Of a DNA stretch of 49,594 nt, positions 1 to 10,117 are shown in pieces. Position 1 is the stretch's first letter, and the number at the start of each line of letters is the position of its first letter. The notes beneath the pieces are model-generated. The model saw only the letters and a program-made list of their open reading frames with translations, searched no databases and was not told the DNA's origin. This stretch comes from an uncultured Gammaproteobacteria bacterium (lineage in GTDB: Bacteria; Patescibacteriota; Patescibacteriia; Magasanikbacterales; UBA10003): NCBI GenBank assembly GCA_964365025.1, contig CAYIOJ010000003.1, positions 1 to 49,594 of the forward strand. The letters are read 5' to 3'. The position numbers were made by a program, and so were the translations under genes.

Positions 1-1
1 A

Positions 2-871
2 CGCTTTTTGTTCACTCAGCCGGCTTTGCTTTTCAAAAGAAGAAAACGCAAAAAGTGGGGTGTGGTCTACAATTCTTTGACCAAAATACCTTTAGGTTTG
101 ATGACTGTGCGCCTGATTGACGCGACTAGTGGCCGTATTGCGCAAAGTCGAGTTACTGACGGCGAAGGGCGTTATGCTTTTTTTCCAGCCGTTGGTTCTT
201 ACAAGCTGGAAGTTTCTGTCGCTCAATTTGATTTTCCCAGCCAATTTTTTAGCGGACTGCGGGAAGACGGACAATTTGTAGATTTGTATCACGGCGAAGT
301 AATTGAAGTAAAAGAAAAAGGAGCTACCATTACCGCGAATATTCCTTTGGATCCCGCGGGAGCGGAGCGGCCGATTGGGCATTTGATTTGGCAATTGACT
401 TGGCGCCGCCTCCAGAATGTTTTAAGTATTATTAGCATCTTAGTGGCAGTTGGTTTTGTAATTTGGGTGCCGGGTATTATTACCGGCGGACTTTTGGCAG
501 TGCAGGTAGTTTTTTACGCCTTATTTAAGCATCTGACCACGCCTCCTCAACCGAAGAGTTGGGGTATTATTTATGATGAACGCAATAGTTTGCCTTTGAC
601 TCAAGCTATTGCCCGTATTTTTGATAAACAATACAATAAATTATTAGAAACACAGGTGACTGATAAAAGCGGACGGTATGCTTTTTTAGTCGGCCGCAAT
701 GAATATTATGTTACTTATGAGAAAAACGGTTATGAGAAGAAGCAAAGCGCGATAATTGATTTAAAAGATAATCCTGAACTAGCAGCGTCAGTAGGGATAG
801 ATACCGGCTTAAAGCCGGTTGAGTTAGATTTGGGGTCGGTTGGTGACAAAAACGAAGAAGAAGTTACCTGA
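2..871 (+). CDS. membrane protein with two carboxypeptidase-regulatory-like (transthyretin-fold) domains; 5' end probably outside the window
   Basis: ORF 8..871 stays open back to base 2. Motifs VRLIDATSGRIAQSRVTDGEGRYAFF and TQVTDKSGRYAFLV fit the CarboxypepD_reg pattern. A hydrophobic segment ILVAVGFVIWVPGIITGGLLAVQVVFYALF lies between them. Confidence 0.55.
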   Translation, partial: RFLFTQPALLFKRRKRKKWGVVYNSLTKIPLGLMTVRLIDATSGRIAQSRVTDGEGRYAFFPAVGSYKLEVSVAQFDFPSQFFSGLREDGQFVDLYHGEVIEVKEKGATITANIPLDPAGAERPIGHLIWQLTWRRLQNVLSIISILVAVGFVIWVPGIITGGLLAVQVVFYALFKHLTTPPQPKSWGIIYDERNSLPLTQAIARIFDKQYNKLLETQVTDKSGRYAFLVGRNEYYVTYEKNGYEKKQSAIIDLKDNPELAASVGIDTGLKPVELDLGSVGDKNEEEVT

Positions 872-883
872 AACAGTGATTTG

Positions 884-892
884 TGATATAAT
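884..892 (+). promoter_or_regulatory. extended -10 element (TGaTATAAT) upstream of the giant surface-protein gene
   Basis: tgatataat at 884-892, 11 nt before the ATG at 904. This implies a very short or absent leader. Confidence 0.35.
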
Positions 893-903
893 TATAAATA
901 AGA

Positions 904-3900
904 ATGAGGAGGGAGAAATCAGTCATTATCATGACTGAAAAAGCTGAAAGAACAATAGAGAAAAAGTGGTTAAACAAAGCCGCTAATTTGGCGTTAGGGG
1001 TATTTTTCGTGTTTTTATTTTTCTTAATAAACGCAACGCCGGCTGACGCGGGCAATCAGCAGATTACCTTTCAGGGCAAATTAACTAATGCCAGCGGCAA
1101 TACGGTCAGTGACGGTACTTATTATTTAAAATTGACAATTTACGACGCGGCCAGCGGTGGCACTTGCCAATACACCGCCTCTTCCACTTGTTCTGCTGTT
1201 ACCAGTACTGCCGTTACAGTCACTAATGGCATTTTTTCCATAAATTTGGGTGACACCTCGGCCAGTTTGGCCGCCATTTCTCCCACCTTGTTCAACAGCA
1301 GTGAATTGTATCTGGGCATCACTGTCTGTTCTGGCGCTGGCACTGGTTGCGATAGCGAGATGACCCCGCGCAAACGGCTTACAGCCAGCCCTTATGCCTT
1401 TAATGCCGATTATTTATCTGGTTTGGCTACCTCCACGATTGGCGGCGCTGGTTCTTATGTGCCGGTAACCGATTCCAGCGGCAATTTAAAAATTACCAAC
1501 AGTTTATTGATAGCCACTACCACTGCCGGACAGTTTGGCGTTGGCACCACCACTGTGCCGTCCGGCGTGAAGAGCTATGTTGAAGGCACTACCGCGAGCA
1601 ATAAATTGTTAGTGTTGCGGGGCGCCGGTAGCCAGAGCGGTAATTTGCAAGAATGGCAGAATAGCGCCGGCACGGCTCTGGCCTTGATTGACTCATCCGG
1701 TAATTTTTCTGCTTCCGGCACGCTCGCCACCTTTGGTAACGCCACTGTCGGCGGCCATCTTTATCCGTCTTCAGACAACCTTTATGACCTTGGCGCTTCT
1801 TCAACCCAATGGCGATATGGTAATTTTCAAGGAGGCCTACTGGTGGCCAATAGTATTAATACTTCGACTTTGTCTCATAACTCTCTTATTATTGGGCAAA
1901 GAATAAATACATATGGGGTTGGTTATTTCTATGTTGATTCTTCCGGCAATGTGTCCGCTTCCGGCACGCTCGCGGCTTTTGGCAATACCACGCTGTCCGG
2001 CAGTTTGAGCGTTACCAGTAATACCAGCTCTTTGCGCAGTCTTTATTTATCTAGTCTGACTGCCGCGCCAAATGTTGCCGCCGGCACGCTGTATTTCAAC
2101 AGCGCTGATGCCAAGTTTTATGGTTATACTGCCAATGGCACGGCAGTGGATTTAGGGACAAGTGGTGTTAATGATTGGGGCAGGTTTTCTTCCACTTATG
2201 GCGCTTTGGCCATGATGACCTCTTCCACTTATCCTGTTTGGTTTGATGGCGCGGTCTATGCTTCTTCCACTTTGACAGTAAGTGGATCCACTAATGCCAG
2301 TTCTTCGGCGTTGACCGGCACCACTTTCGTAATTGGCAAAGGCAATAGTTGGGGTAATGGTGTATTTAGCGTGGATGCGAATGGCGGAGTTTCTGTTTCA
2401 AGCACGCTTAATGTGGCTGGCGGGCCGGATCCGGTGGGTAGTGTTTGGCACCCAACGCATAAGAGCGCTCTTACTGACGCGGCCAGTTATAATCTTAAAG
2501 GCGCGAGATCAGTTTTTGTTTCCGGCAATTACGCTTATATTGCCGCTTGGACAGAAGACGCTTTGACCATTGTTGATGTGTCCAATCCGGCTAGTACTAC
2601 TTATAAGGGATCATACAGTAACGCCACATTATTGGATGGCGCCAAATCAGTTTTTGTTTCCGGCAATTATGCTTATGTGATCGGAGAAACAGCAGACACT
2701 TTGGCGGTAATTGATATCTCCAATCCGATTAATCCGACTTTAAAAGGCTCCATTACCGACTCAGTTAATCTCGGTACCGCAAATTCAGTTTTTGTTTCCG
2801 GAAATTATGCTTACGTAGCTTCTGATTATTCAACGACAGGGATTTTATCTATTGTTGACGTCTCCAATCCGGCTAATCCGGTTCTTGTGTCATCTCTTAC
2901 TGATGGCACTAATTTAGACGGCGCCGAATCGGTTTTCGTTTCCGGAAAATACGCATATGTGGCGGCTCATGATTCTAACATATTGGGAATTGTGGATATT
3001 TCTAATCCGCGCCAGCCAATGGTTGTCGGTTCTCTTACCGATAGCGCAGGTACTTCGTTCGCGGCTCCTAATAGTGTTTTTGTCTCGGGTAATTATGCTT
3101 ATTTAGTTGGGATAACCGATGATGCTTTAGAAATAATAGATATTTCCAATCCGGCAAATCCCGTTCACAAGGGCTCCCTAACCAATGGTACCGGCGGGGC
3201 GCTATTGAATGACCCTATTTCTATTTTCGTTTCCGGCAACTACGCGTATGTTGGTGCTGATTCTAGCAGCGCCTTAGAAATAATAGATATTTCCAATCCG
3301 GCAAATCCCGTTCACAAGGGCTCCATAGTTAATGGCGACGGCGGAGCTAGATTGTTGAGCGTTTATTCCATTTTCGTTTCCGGAAATTATGTTTACGTAG
3401 CCGAGTATGCGAGCGGCACGAGTGGGTCTTTGGAAATTATAGATATTTCCGGCGCCATAATTTCCAACGCTCAGATCGGCGCCTTGAGAGTGGATACTTT
3501 GCAGATAAATAGTTTTGCGCAATTTGATCAGCACCTGGCGGTGCGCGGTGGTTTGAATGTCGGCGGAAGCGCTCAATTATTCGGCGATGTTTCCATCGGC
3601 GGCGGCCGCGCCACTTCCACCAATATGGGCGGCGGCGGGATTACTATTTTTACGAATCAGGCTTCTTCCACTTTTACTTCCCGCGTATTGGACGTCAGCG
3701 GCAACAGCGGATTTGTTTTTAACGCCGGCACTTCCACTTGGACCGGCAGTGATCGCACTTTAGTTTCTTTTCAGACCGGCGGGACAGATAAATTTTTGTT
3801 CGCGGCTGACGGCAGTGTAATATTTAACAAAGCTGCAAGTTATAATTCCGGATATTTTAATATTGGTTCAACCGGTAACACTTCCGTTTCCGGCACTTTG

Positions 3901-5220
3901 CAGGTTTTTGGCGGCGCTTCCACCGGCGGTTTGAAAGTTAGCGCCAGTAACACCACCACCACCCTGACCTCGCTTGCCTCCGGCGCTGGCGCGGGCGCGT
4001 TTGTCTTTGATACCAACACAACTTTAAATCATGCTTCATCCAGTGTCCTGTTTTCCGTGCGTAATAACGGGTCAAAAGTTTTTAGTATTGACGCCACCGG
4101 TTATGTTACGGCTACTGGCACCATTCAAGCTAACAATACCAGCCCTGGGCCTGGTGATGTGGCTGAATATGTGAATTTAGTCCCGGGCGAAACAGCCGAG
4201 GCCGGTGATGTCTTGATTGTAGATGAAAATGGTTTAAACCAATACCGCAAATCAGACACGATGAACGCGCGCAATGTCGCCGGCGTGATTTCCGGCACCG
4301 GAGCGTTTTTAATCGGCGCGTCAGGCGCTAATCGCGCTCCTTTAGCCTTGGTCGGTTTGGTTAAAGTCAAAGTAACTGATGAAAACGGTCCTATTCAGGT
4401 TGGCGATTATTTAGTCACCGCTTCGAAACCAGGTTATGCCATGAAATATGATACCGCTTTAGGACAATCAGCCGGTTTAGTGGGTATGGCCTTGCAATCA
4501 TTTGCTCAAGACGAAGGCAAGATTTTGATTTTGATCAATAAAGGATTGGTGAACGGAACATCGGGCAATTCAGCGGTTTTGAATGTGTCGGCGAATGAAG
4601 GCGGCCAGCTTACCAATAATGTGGATTTGGATATGATTGGTCAAAGTATTTTGAATTTGTCAGCTATTAAAGGAAAGGATGATAAATGGACAATTAACGA
4701 AGATGGATTTTTGATAGTGAAAGTGAAAACCAAACAAGGTGAAAAAGAGCTGTATGGTTTGCAGTCCGGACAAGACAAAGAATTAGTTTTGTCCGGCTCG
4801 GCGCAGTTGGAAAATGGTGTTCAAAAAATTGAGTTTTCTCTGTTAAACCAAGAAGTGATTGACCCGGACGCGTCAATTAAAGTCTCTGTTACTTTGACCG
4901 GTGAGGCTAAAGGCGTGTTTGTAAGCGAGAAAAATTATCAAGGATTCACTGTCAAAGAATTGGGCGGCGGCACAAGCAATGCCACTTTTGATTGGCTGGT
5001 GATTGCCAAGCGTCGGTCGGTTGATTATCAGGAGTCGGAATCGGCGCCAGCAGAAACATCCGCGCCAGTTGCGCCGGAAACTACTTCTTCCACCTTTATT
5101 ATTGAAACATCGCCAACGCCGGCATTTGTCTTAACAGAAACACCGGCTAATTCCGCCGAATCGGTTAGTTCGTCGGTTGAGGTATCATCTTCCACGCCGG
5201 TTGTTTCTCCGACTGAATAA
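904..5220 (+). CDS. giant secreted/cell-surface protein with LVIVD-type beta-propeller repeats and a Ser/Thr/Pro-rich tail
   Basis: 1438-aa ORF with an N-terminal signal/anchor LALGVFFVFLFFLINATPADA. About 8 tandem ~49-aa units of the form SVFVSGNYAYV...L.I(V/I)D(V/I)SNPxNP lie at ~2490-3480. The C-terminal 90 aa are rich in S/T/P/E. The start is ambiguous (ATG 904 or ATG 931). Confidence 0.8.
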   Translation: MRREKSVIIMTEKAERTIEKKWLNKAANLALGVFFVFLFFLINATPADAGNQQITFQGKLTNASGNTVSDGTYYLKLTIYDAASGGTCQYTASSTCSAVTSTAVTVTNGIFSINLGDTSASLAAISPTLFNSSELYLGITVCSGAGTGCDSEMTPRKRLTASPYAFNADYLSGLATSTIGGAGSYVPVTDSSGNLKITNSLLIATTTAGQFGVGTTTVPSGVKSYVEGTTASNKLLVLRGAGSQSGNLQEWQNSAGTALALIDSSGNFSASGTLATFGNATVGGHLYPSSDNLYDLGASSTQWRYGNFQGGLLVANSINTSTLSHNSLIIGQRINTYGVGYFYVDSSGNVSASGTLAAFGNTTLSGSLSVTSNTSSLRSLYLSSLTAAPNVAAGTLYFNSADAKFYGYTANGTAVDLGTSGVNDWGRFSSTYGALAMMTSSTYPVWFDGAVYASSTLTVSGSTNASSSALTGTTFVIGKGNSWGNGVFSVDANGGVSVSSTLNVAGGPDPVGSVWHPTHKSALTDAASYNLKGARSVFVSGNYAYIAAWTEDALTIVDVSNPASTTYKGSYSNATLLDGAKSVFVSGNYAYVIGETADTLAVIDISNPINPTLKGSITDSVNLGTANSVFVSGNYAYVASDYSTTGILSIVDVSNPANPVLVSSLTDGTNLDGAESVFVSGKYAYVAAHDSNILGIVDISNPRQPMVVGSLTDSAGTSFAAPNSVFVSGNYAYLVGITDDALEIIDISNPANPVHKGSLTNGTGGALLNDPISIFVSGNYAYVGADSSSALEIIDISNPANPVHKGSIVNGDGGARLLSVYSIFVSGNYVYVAEYASGTSGSLEIIDISGAIISNAQIGALRVDTLQINSFAQFDQHLAVRGGLNVGGSAQLFGDVSIGGGRATSTNMGGGGITIFTNQASSTFTSRVLDVSGNSGFVFNAGTSTWTGSDRTLVSFQTGGTDKFLFAADGSVIFNKAASYNSGYFNIGSTGNTSVSGTLQVFGGASTGGLKVSASNTTTTLTSLASGAGAGAFVFDTNTTLNHASSSVLFSVRNNGSKVFSIDATGYVTATGTIQANNTSPGPGDVAEYVNLVPGETAEAGDVLIVDENGLNQYRKSDTMNARNVAGVISGTGAFLIGASGANRAPLALVGLVKVKVTDENGPIQVGDYLVTASKPGYAMKYDTALGQSAGLVGMALQSFAQDEGKILILINKGLVNGTSGNSAVLNVSANEGGQLTNNVDLDMIGQSILNLSAIKGKDDKWTINEDGFLIVKVKTKQGEKELYGLQSGQDKELVLSGSAQLENGVQKIEFSLLNQEVIDPDASIKVSVTLTGEAKGVFVSEKNYQGFTVKELGGGTSNATFDWLVIAKRRSVDYQESESAPAETSAPVAPETTSSTFIIETSPTPAFVLTETPANSAESVSSSVEVSSSTPVVSPTE
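3127..3324 (+). repeat. intragenic tandem repeat: two identical 51-nt blocks 147 bp apart
   Basis: ttagaaataatagatatttccaatccggcaaatcccgttcacaagggctcc occurs at 3127-3177 and again at 3274-3324. This is one LVIVD unit period of 49 codons. Confidence 0.9.
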
Positions 5221-5302
5221 ACAAGAAGTCGCTAGGGTTATTAGTGGCGTCTCTTGTATTTTTTAGAAAGAGATGATAAAATAAAAAAATTGAAATTTTG
5301 GT

Positions 5303-5376
5303 GGGCCTATGGTCTACCGGTATGACGGATCCATGGCATGGATCAAGACGGGGTTCGACTCCCCGTAGGTCCACCA
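5303..5376 (+). tRNA. tRNA-Ala (anticodon GGC), CCA encoded
   Basis: Manual cloverleaf. Acceptor GGGCCTA/TAGGTCC contains the G3:U70 alanine identity pair. Anticodon stem GATCC/GGATC, loop ATGGCAT (U33, GGC at 5335-5337, A37). T arm CGGGG-TTCGACT-CCCCG. Discriminator A followed by CCA. Confidence 0.85.
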
Positions 5377-5388
5377 AGATTTGAATTT

Positions 5389-6465
5389 ATGTCTTTATCA
5401 ATAGGCATTGTCGGCTTGCCCAATGTGGGCAAGTCAACTTTATTTAAAGCCCTAACCAAAAAGCAGGCTCTGATTGCCAATTATCCTTTTGCCACCATTG
5501 ACCCGAATGTCGGCATAGTGGAGGTGCCGGACAATCGTCTGGCCAAATTGGCCGAAGTTTCCAAGTCGGATAAAATCGTGCCGACTGTTATTGAGTTTAC
5601 CGACATTGCCGGATTGGTCAAAGGAGCTAGTCAGGGTGAGGGTTTGGGTAATAAATTTTTATCGCACATTCGCGAAGTGGCGGCCATTGTGCAGGTGGTG
5701 CGCGCGTTTTCTGATCCGGATGTGATTCACGTGGGCGGCCGCGTCAATCCGCAGGAGGATTTGGAAATTATTGGCGTGGAATTGGCTCTGGCTGATTTGG
5801 AATCGGCAAAAAAATATTTGAGCAATTTGAAAAGTAAAGCAAAATCCGGGTCAACTGTTGCGTTGGAACAAGAAATGAAACTATTTGAGAGAGTTATTGA
5901 CTCGTTGAGTAAAGGGCAGGCTATTAGAGACCTGTCTTTGAGCGATGATGAAAAAAAATTGATTAAAACATTTAATTTTTTAACCGCCAAACCAATGATG
6001 GCGGTGTTAAATGTTGACGAGGCCGGTGGCGCCAAACAGCCGGTCCCTCAATTGAATTTTAATGGTCCGATTATTGAAATTTCTGCCAAAATTGAGGCGG
6101 AATTGGCAGATTTAAGTCCGGAGGAGGCTAAAGAATTTTTAACTTCCATCGGCCAAAGTCAGACCGGTTTGGATAAATTAATTTTGGCCGGTTATAGATT
6201 ATTGGATTTGATTACTTTTTTAACTTCCGGGCCGATGGAATCGCGCGCTTGGACTGTGGAGAGCGGCGCTAAAGCGCCGCAAGCCGCCGGCGTGATTCAT
6301 TCTGATTTTGAAAAAGGTTTTATCCGCGCCGAAGTTTGCGATTATGATAATTTTGTGAATTTCAGCGGTTGGGCCAAAATTAAAGAAACTGGCAAAATGC
6401 GTTTAGAAGGCAAAGATTACGTGATGCGCGATGGAGATGTGGTGTTTTTTCATGTGGGTAGTTAA
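5389..6465 (+). CDS. ychF: ribosome-binding ATPase YchF (Obg-family GTPase)
   Basis: [24 protein letters not shown]-loop, [12 protein letters not shown], and a C-terminal TGS-like segment. The start was moved to ATG 5389 because the track start 5338 overlaps the tRNA. Confidence 0.9.
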   Translation: MSLSIGIVGLPNVGKSTLFKALTKKQALIANYPFATIDPNVGIVEVPDNRLAKLAEVSKSDKIVPTVIEFTDIAGLVKGASQGEGLGNKFLSHIREVAAIVQVVRAFSDPDVIHVGGRVNPQEDLEIIGVELALADLESAKKYLSNLKSKAKSGSTVALEQEMKLFERVIDSLSKGQAIRDLSLSDDEKKLIKTFNFLTAKPMMAVLNVDEAGGAKQPVPQLNFNGPIIEISAKIEAELADLSPEEAKEFLTSIGQSQTGLDKLILAGYRLLDLITFLTSGPMESRAWTVESGAKAPQAAGVIHSDFEKGFIRAEVCDYDNFVNFSGWAKIKETGKMRLEGKDYVMRDGDVVFFHVGS

Positions 6466-6491
6466 AAAGAGCGGCTTAGCCGCTCTTTTTT
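6465..6491. terminator. bidirectional hairpin between convergent ychF and the methyltransferase gene
   Basis: aaaagagcgg-cttag-ccgctctttt followed by T residues. A-run on one side and T-run on the other. Confidence 0.6.
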
Positions 6492-7651
6492 AGTTTCACG
6501 ATCTCTCTCCCCACTTTTTGATCCGGTCGGGCATAAATAAGCGTACCGCGTGATGTTTGAAATTGACGGAAAATCGGAGAGAAAAAAGGTTCAATGCGCA
6601 AATTTAGCGCAGCCAATTTTTCCGGCAAAGGTAAAAAAAATCTTTGTTGCAATATCGGCCAAATCATTATTATTACCCCGTTTGGTTTTAAAATTTTGAT
6701 AAATTCGCGCAAACTAGCCGTGTATAGTTGAGTCAGTTCATCAACTGTTTTTTGCAGCCGCTCTTTTGTTTCACGGCCTCTCAAAGGCGGGCCGAGAAAT
6801 GGTTCGGTCACAATGGCATCGGTGGAATTGGCGGAAAAGCATTTTGAAAGCAATATGGCATTGCATTTGTGAATTGGCGCGGTTTTTAATTTTAGCCAAT
6901 CAATATTTTTTCGCGCGTCGGCAATAGCTTTGTCACTCACGTCGCTTCCCAGCACATTTTTATATTCCATAAGCATGGCTTCGGTCAAAATTGTGCCCGA
7001 GCCGCAAAAAGGGTCTAAAATCACCGCTTCGGTGCCTTTTTCCGCCAGATTTATCATTATTTTGGCTAATTTCGGCGGCAACATGCCGGAAAATTTGTCC
7101 CGCCCGGGCCGGCCGTAATCGCGTTCGCTAAATTCCGCAAACGGCTGTATAGCCAAAGTTTCCCCCAACCAGATTTGATTTTTATCCCCGGCAATGATTA
7201 TTTCCAATCCGTTGGCGTTTAGGAGTTTGTTTGTTTTGATAACCACAGAGGACAAGACTTTTTCTCGCGAGCTGACAAACCGCGCTTTGGCGCCACCGTT
7301 TACCAATTCTTTTTTAATTTCCAATCCCAATGTCGGAAATTTGCCAATGTAGGCGCTGATGCCGAAAAAGATTTTTTTATCCGTCGTTTTTTTCGCGATT
7401 AAATCCAATATGTTTTTTTTAAAATCAATTGATTCAATTTTTCCCAGTTGTTTTTTTACTTCGGCTATTTTTATAGTGCCGCCCAGTTGATTCATTATTT
7501 TTCCCGCATTAATTTTCGGGGCGATATCCAAAATCAGTGTTTCTTTTTGCCAAAAAGAAACTAGATAATCAATTTTTAATCTGCCGAACAAAGAAAAAAT
7601 TTCAGCCGCTGACAATTCCTGTTCGCGGCCAAGAATGAAAATATATTGCAT
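6476..7651 (-). CDS. SAM-dependent methyltransferase, UPF0020/Trm11-like (probable RNA N-methylase)
   Basis: Motif I ILDPFCGSGTILTEA and a motif IV-like VTEPFLGPP. The N-terminal ~180 aa are a non-catalytic domain. Confidence 0.6.
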   Translation of the reverse strand: MQYIFILGREQELSAAEIFSLFGRLKIDYLVSFWQKETLILDIAPKINAGKIMNQLGGTIKIAEVKKQLGKIESIDFKKNILDLIAKKTTDKKIFFGISAYIGKFPTLGLEIKKELVNGGAKARFVSSREKVLSSVVIKTNKLLNANGLEIIIAGDKNQIWLGETLAIQPFAEFSERDYGRPGRDKFSGMLPPKLAKIMINLAEKGTEAVILDPFCGSGTILTEAMLMEYKNVLGSDVSDKAIADARKNIDWLKLKTAPIHKCNAILLSKCFSANSTDAIVTEPFLGPPLRGRETKERLQKTVDELTQLYTASLREFIKILKPNGVIIMIWPILQQRFFLPLPEKLAALNLRIEPFFSPIFRQFQTSRGTLIYARPDQKVGREIVKLKKSG

Positions 7652-7665
7652 AGAGCCGGCGCGGC

Positions 7666-7983
7666 TTATTTAACCGGCGCCGTGGGAAAGGGATTGCGCA
7701 GTTCCCGCCAGTTGATAATGGGCGCGTTTTTACGGTTTTCCGCGGAGTTTTTTATTTTTTGATACAAATCAACATCCAACACGTCGACTGCTAACTGCGA
7801 TTTGAGGATGACAATTTCTTCCGCTTGGATTAAAGTTAGGTAAAAACGCTGGTAAAGAAAAAAAAGAAAAATTATAAAAGAAGAACTGATTAAAAGCAGG
7901 ATACCATAAAAAGTCAGTCTAATGGCCAGCTCAACTTTAGATACGTTTTTTTTGAAATATTTTGTCAAATCAATTTTGAACAT
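7666..7983 (-). CDS. small single-pass membrane protein, last gene of the pilus assembly cluster
   Basis: 105 aa with TM segment LTFYGILLLISSSFIIFLFFLY. Overlaps the pilO-like gene by 14 nt, consistent with an operon. Confidence 0.5.
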   Translation of the reverse strand: MFKIDLTKYFKKNVSKVELAIRLTFYGILLLISSSFIIFLFFLYQRFYLTLIQAEEIVILKSQLAVDVLDVDLYQKIKNSAENRKNAPIINWRELRNPFPTAPVK

Positions 7984-8500
7984 AAACTTCCGCTTTTAAA
8001 GTCATATTGATTGAGTAAGAGGCGTCGCGACTTAAGTTGATTTCTAAAATGGATATAAGGTAGTCGCTGCGCTCCAGGGCGTCCAAATATGACAACAAAT
8101 TGACAAATTCTCCCTGCGCGTCAATTTGCAGGTCAATTTTATCAGCGTCCACGCCTTTCATCTTATTGGCGCGCGAGATATTTATTTTTTGGCTAATGGA
8201 AAATTTATCCGCTAGATTTTCCAAATAGGAAATGAATTTTATTTCTTCTCCGTTTTTTATAAACAGCAATTTTAATTCTTCGGTCGTTTGCTTGGCCAAA
8301 GCCAGAATATTTTGCGATTTATGAAGATAACGAGTTTTTTCGTATTTGGCCTCCAAAGAAGTGCGTAATTCCAAAATTTGTCGGTTCATTTGTTGGATAC
8401 TGCGATATTGCGGGAAGATGATCAATCCGCTGATCAAGAAAAAAAATACCAAAATGCCGCCGGTAATGTAAATCAATTTTTTTTCATGGCTTTGGAACAT
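7970..8500 (-). CDS. pilO: PilO-like type IV pilus assembly protein
   Basis: N-terminal TM helix plus a coiled-coil segment. Position directly after pilM and pilN. No strong sequence motif, so the call rests on context and architecture. Confidence 0.5.
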   Translation of the reverse strand: MFQSHEKKLIYITGGILVFFFLISGLIIFPQYRSIQQMNRQILELRTSLEAKYEKTRYLHKSQNILALAKQTTEELKLLFIKNGEEIKFISYLENLADKFSISQKINISRANKMKGVDADKIDLQIDAQGEFVNLLSYLDALERSDYLISILEINLSRDASYSINMTLKAEVYVQN

Positions 8501-8501
8501 A

Positions 8502-9059
8502 TTATGGCTGGTTCAGTTCTATATTAATTATAAAGTTGATATTTTCTTTGGCGGTTAAGGCCGAAGCGGGCAAATCAAGGTTTTTAATCCAAGAAAATTT
8601 GGCCAAATTGTCTTTCAACGCCAGTAAATCAACGCGATTTTTTGCCAAGCCCTGAATAATTAAATCCTTGTTTTGTTTATTAAAATCAAGGCCGTTAAGG
8701 GAAATACCCGCAGGCATATTTTTAAACAGATCGGCCAGATATGGCGTCCAGAAAGAAAAATGACTTTGCGCTTCGTTGATATTTTTTAATTCTTTATTTA
8801 CCTTTTTAATTTCTCGGTTTATTTGATTATATACCGGTTCTAAATTAGCCGTGCGCAATTGAATGGAATCAAGACTGGAAAGTAAAATTTGATTGGCGAC
8901 AACCAAAGAGATGGCCACGATTAATCCGTAAAATAGAATTATTTCAATTAAAAAACGCGAATACAGAACAAAATAAATATGGCCGATCAGTTTCTTCTTT
9001 ACCGGCGGCATTAAATTGATAAGAATTTCCATATACCTAAAATTTGATTGGCGATTCAT
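8502..9059 (-). CDS. pilN: PilN-like type IV pilus assembly protein
   Basis: INLMPP motif near the N-terminus (PilN proteins typically start ..INLLP), followed by a TM helix and a coiled coil. The alternative ATG at 9032 avoids overlap with pilM. Confidence 0.6.
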   Translation of the reverse strand: MNRQSNFRYMEILINLMPPVKKKLIGHIYFVLYSRFLIEIILFYGLIVAISLVVANQILLSSLDSIQLRTANLEPVYNQINREIKKVNKELKNINEAQSHFSFWTPYLADLFKNMPAGISLNGLDFNKQNKDLIIQGLAKNRVDLLALKDNLAKFSWIKNLDLPASALTAKENINFIINIELNQP

Positions 9060-10116
9060 CTGCCCGAATGGCCAGCCCTATGGCCGTGGCATAAAGAAGC
9101 GAGCGTTCTTCGGTCATTGGCGGCTGATTTGTCGGGAAAAGATTGACCCAAGGATTGGCTTTTCTAATTTTTAATTTTAATTTGGCGGATAAATAATTTT
9201 CTAGCGCCGGCAAGTTCGCCCCGCCGCCGCACAGCCGGATGCCGGTTAAAGGATTTTTTTCCGGAAAATGCAGCTTATAAAATTGAATGGCTTGCGTGAT
9301 TTTGTCGGCTAAATCATTCAAGCTGTTTTCCAGAACTGATTTTAAATTGCCTTTGCATTTTTTTGGGTCAATGCCGCATTCTTTTTTTATTTTTTCAGCT
9401 TCGGCCAAGTCTAGATTTAGGGCGTTAGAAATTTTTTCCGTTACTTCTTGTCCGGCAAAAGCCAAAGAAAGTGAAAATTGAATGACTCCGTGATCGTAAA
9501 TAACAAAACTGGAACGAGAAGCGCCCAGATCCAGGATGCCGCGCGCTTCGCGGGTCAAGTCTTTTTGGCGGTTGATAATAGCGCGAGTTATGGCGGTGGC
9601 TTCAACCTCCATGGCCAAAGGCGTCAAACCGGCGATATTTAAAAGATAGGTGTATGAGTCGGCTATTTTTTTGGGCACCGCCGCTAGCAACACAGACGCG
9701 TGATTGGCGTTTTGCTCAATAATCTGCCAGTCCAAATAAATATCATCCAATTCATAAGGCAGGTATGAAGGAGCAACTTCACGGACGATTTCTTCACTGA
9801 TTTGTTCGCCATTTGTTTTTAATTGGATTAATTGAATGTAGGTTTTAGTTTCAGGTAGAGATATTGCCACCCAAGGAGAAATAGCCAACCCATCTTTTTG
9901 TTTGGCGATATGGTTTTTTAATGCTTGGACTATTTCTTCCGGTTTTTGCAGTTCCCCGTCCACAATCCAACCAATCGGCAATGGAATTTGGGAAAAATGA
10001 GTCAAACGATGACAATATTTGAAGACGCCGCAACGGACGCGCTGCAACTGAACCAGTTTGATAGAACGATCGCCGATATCCATTCCGAAAGAGTGGTAAA
10101 AAGGATTAAGAAACAT
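9037..10116 (-). CDS. pilM: PilM, actin-like ATPase of the type IV pilus assembly platform
   Basis: FGMDIGDRSIKLVQL N-terminal phosphate-1 motif, ILDLGASRSSFVIY, and LCGGGANLPAL at the C-terminal part. Confidence 0.8.
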   Translation of the reverse strand: MFLNPFYHSFGMDIGDRSIKLVQLQRVRCGVFKYCHRLTHFSQIPLPIGWIVDGELQKPEEIVQALKNHIAKQKDGLAISPWVAISLPETKTYIQLIQLKTNGEQISEEIVREVAPSYLPYELDDIYLDWQIIEQNANHASVLLAAVPKKIADSYTYLLNIAGLTPLAMEVEATAITRAIINRQKDLTREARGILDLGASRSSFVIYDHGVIQFSLSLAFAGQEVTEKISNALNLDLAEAEKIKKECGIDPKKCKGNLKSVLENSLNDLADKITQAIQFYKLHFPEKNPLTGIRLCGGGANLPALENYLSAKLKLKIRKANPWVNLFPTNQPPMTEERSLLYATAIGLAIRADESPIKF

Positions 10117-10117
10117 A

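Noticed and set aside
5165-5377. Minus-strand 70-aa ORF, and the 5338 start of the ychF ORF
   Set aside because: Both overlap the tRNA-Ala gene (5303-5376). The minus ORF is a tRNA shadow. ychF begins at the canonical [16 protein letters not shown] start at ATG 5389.
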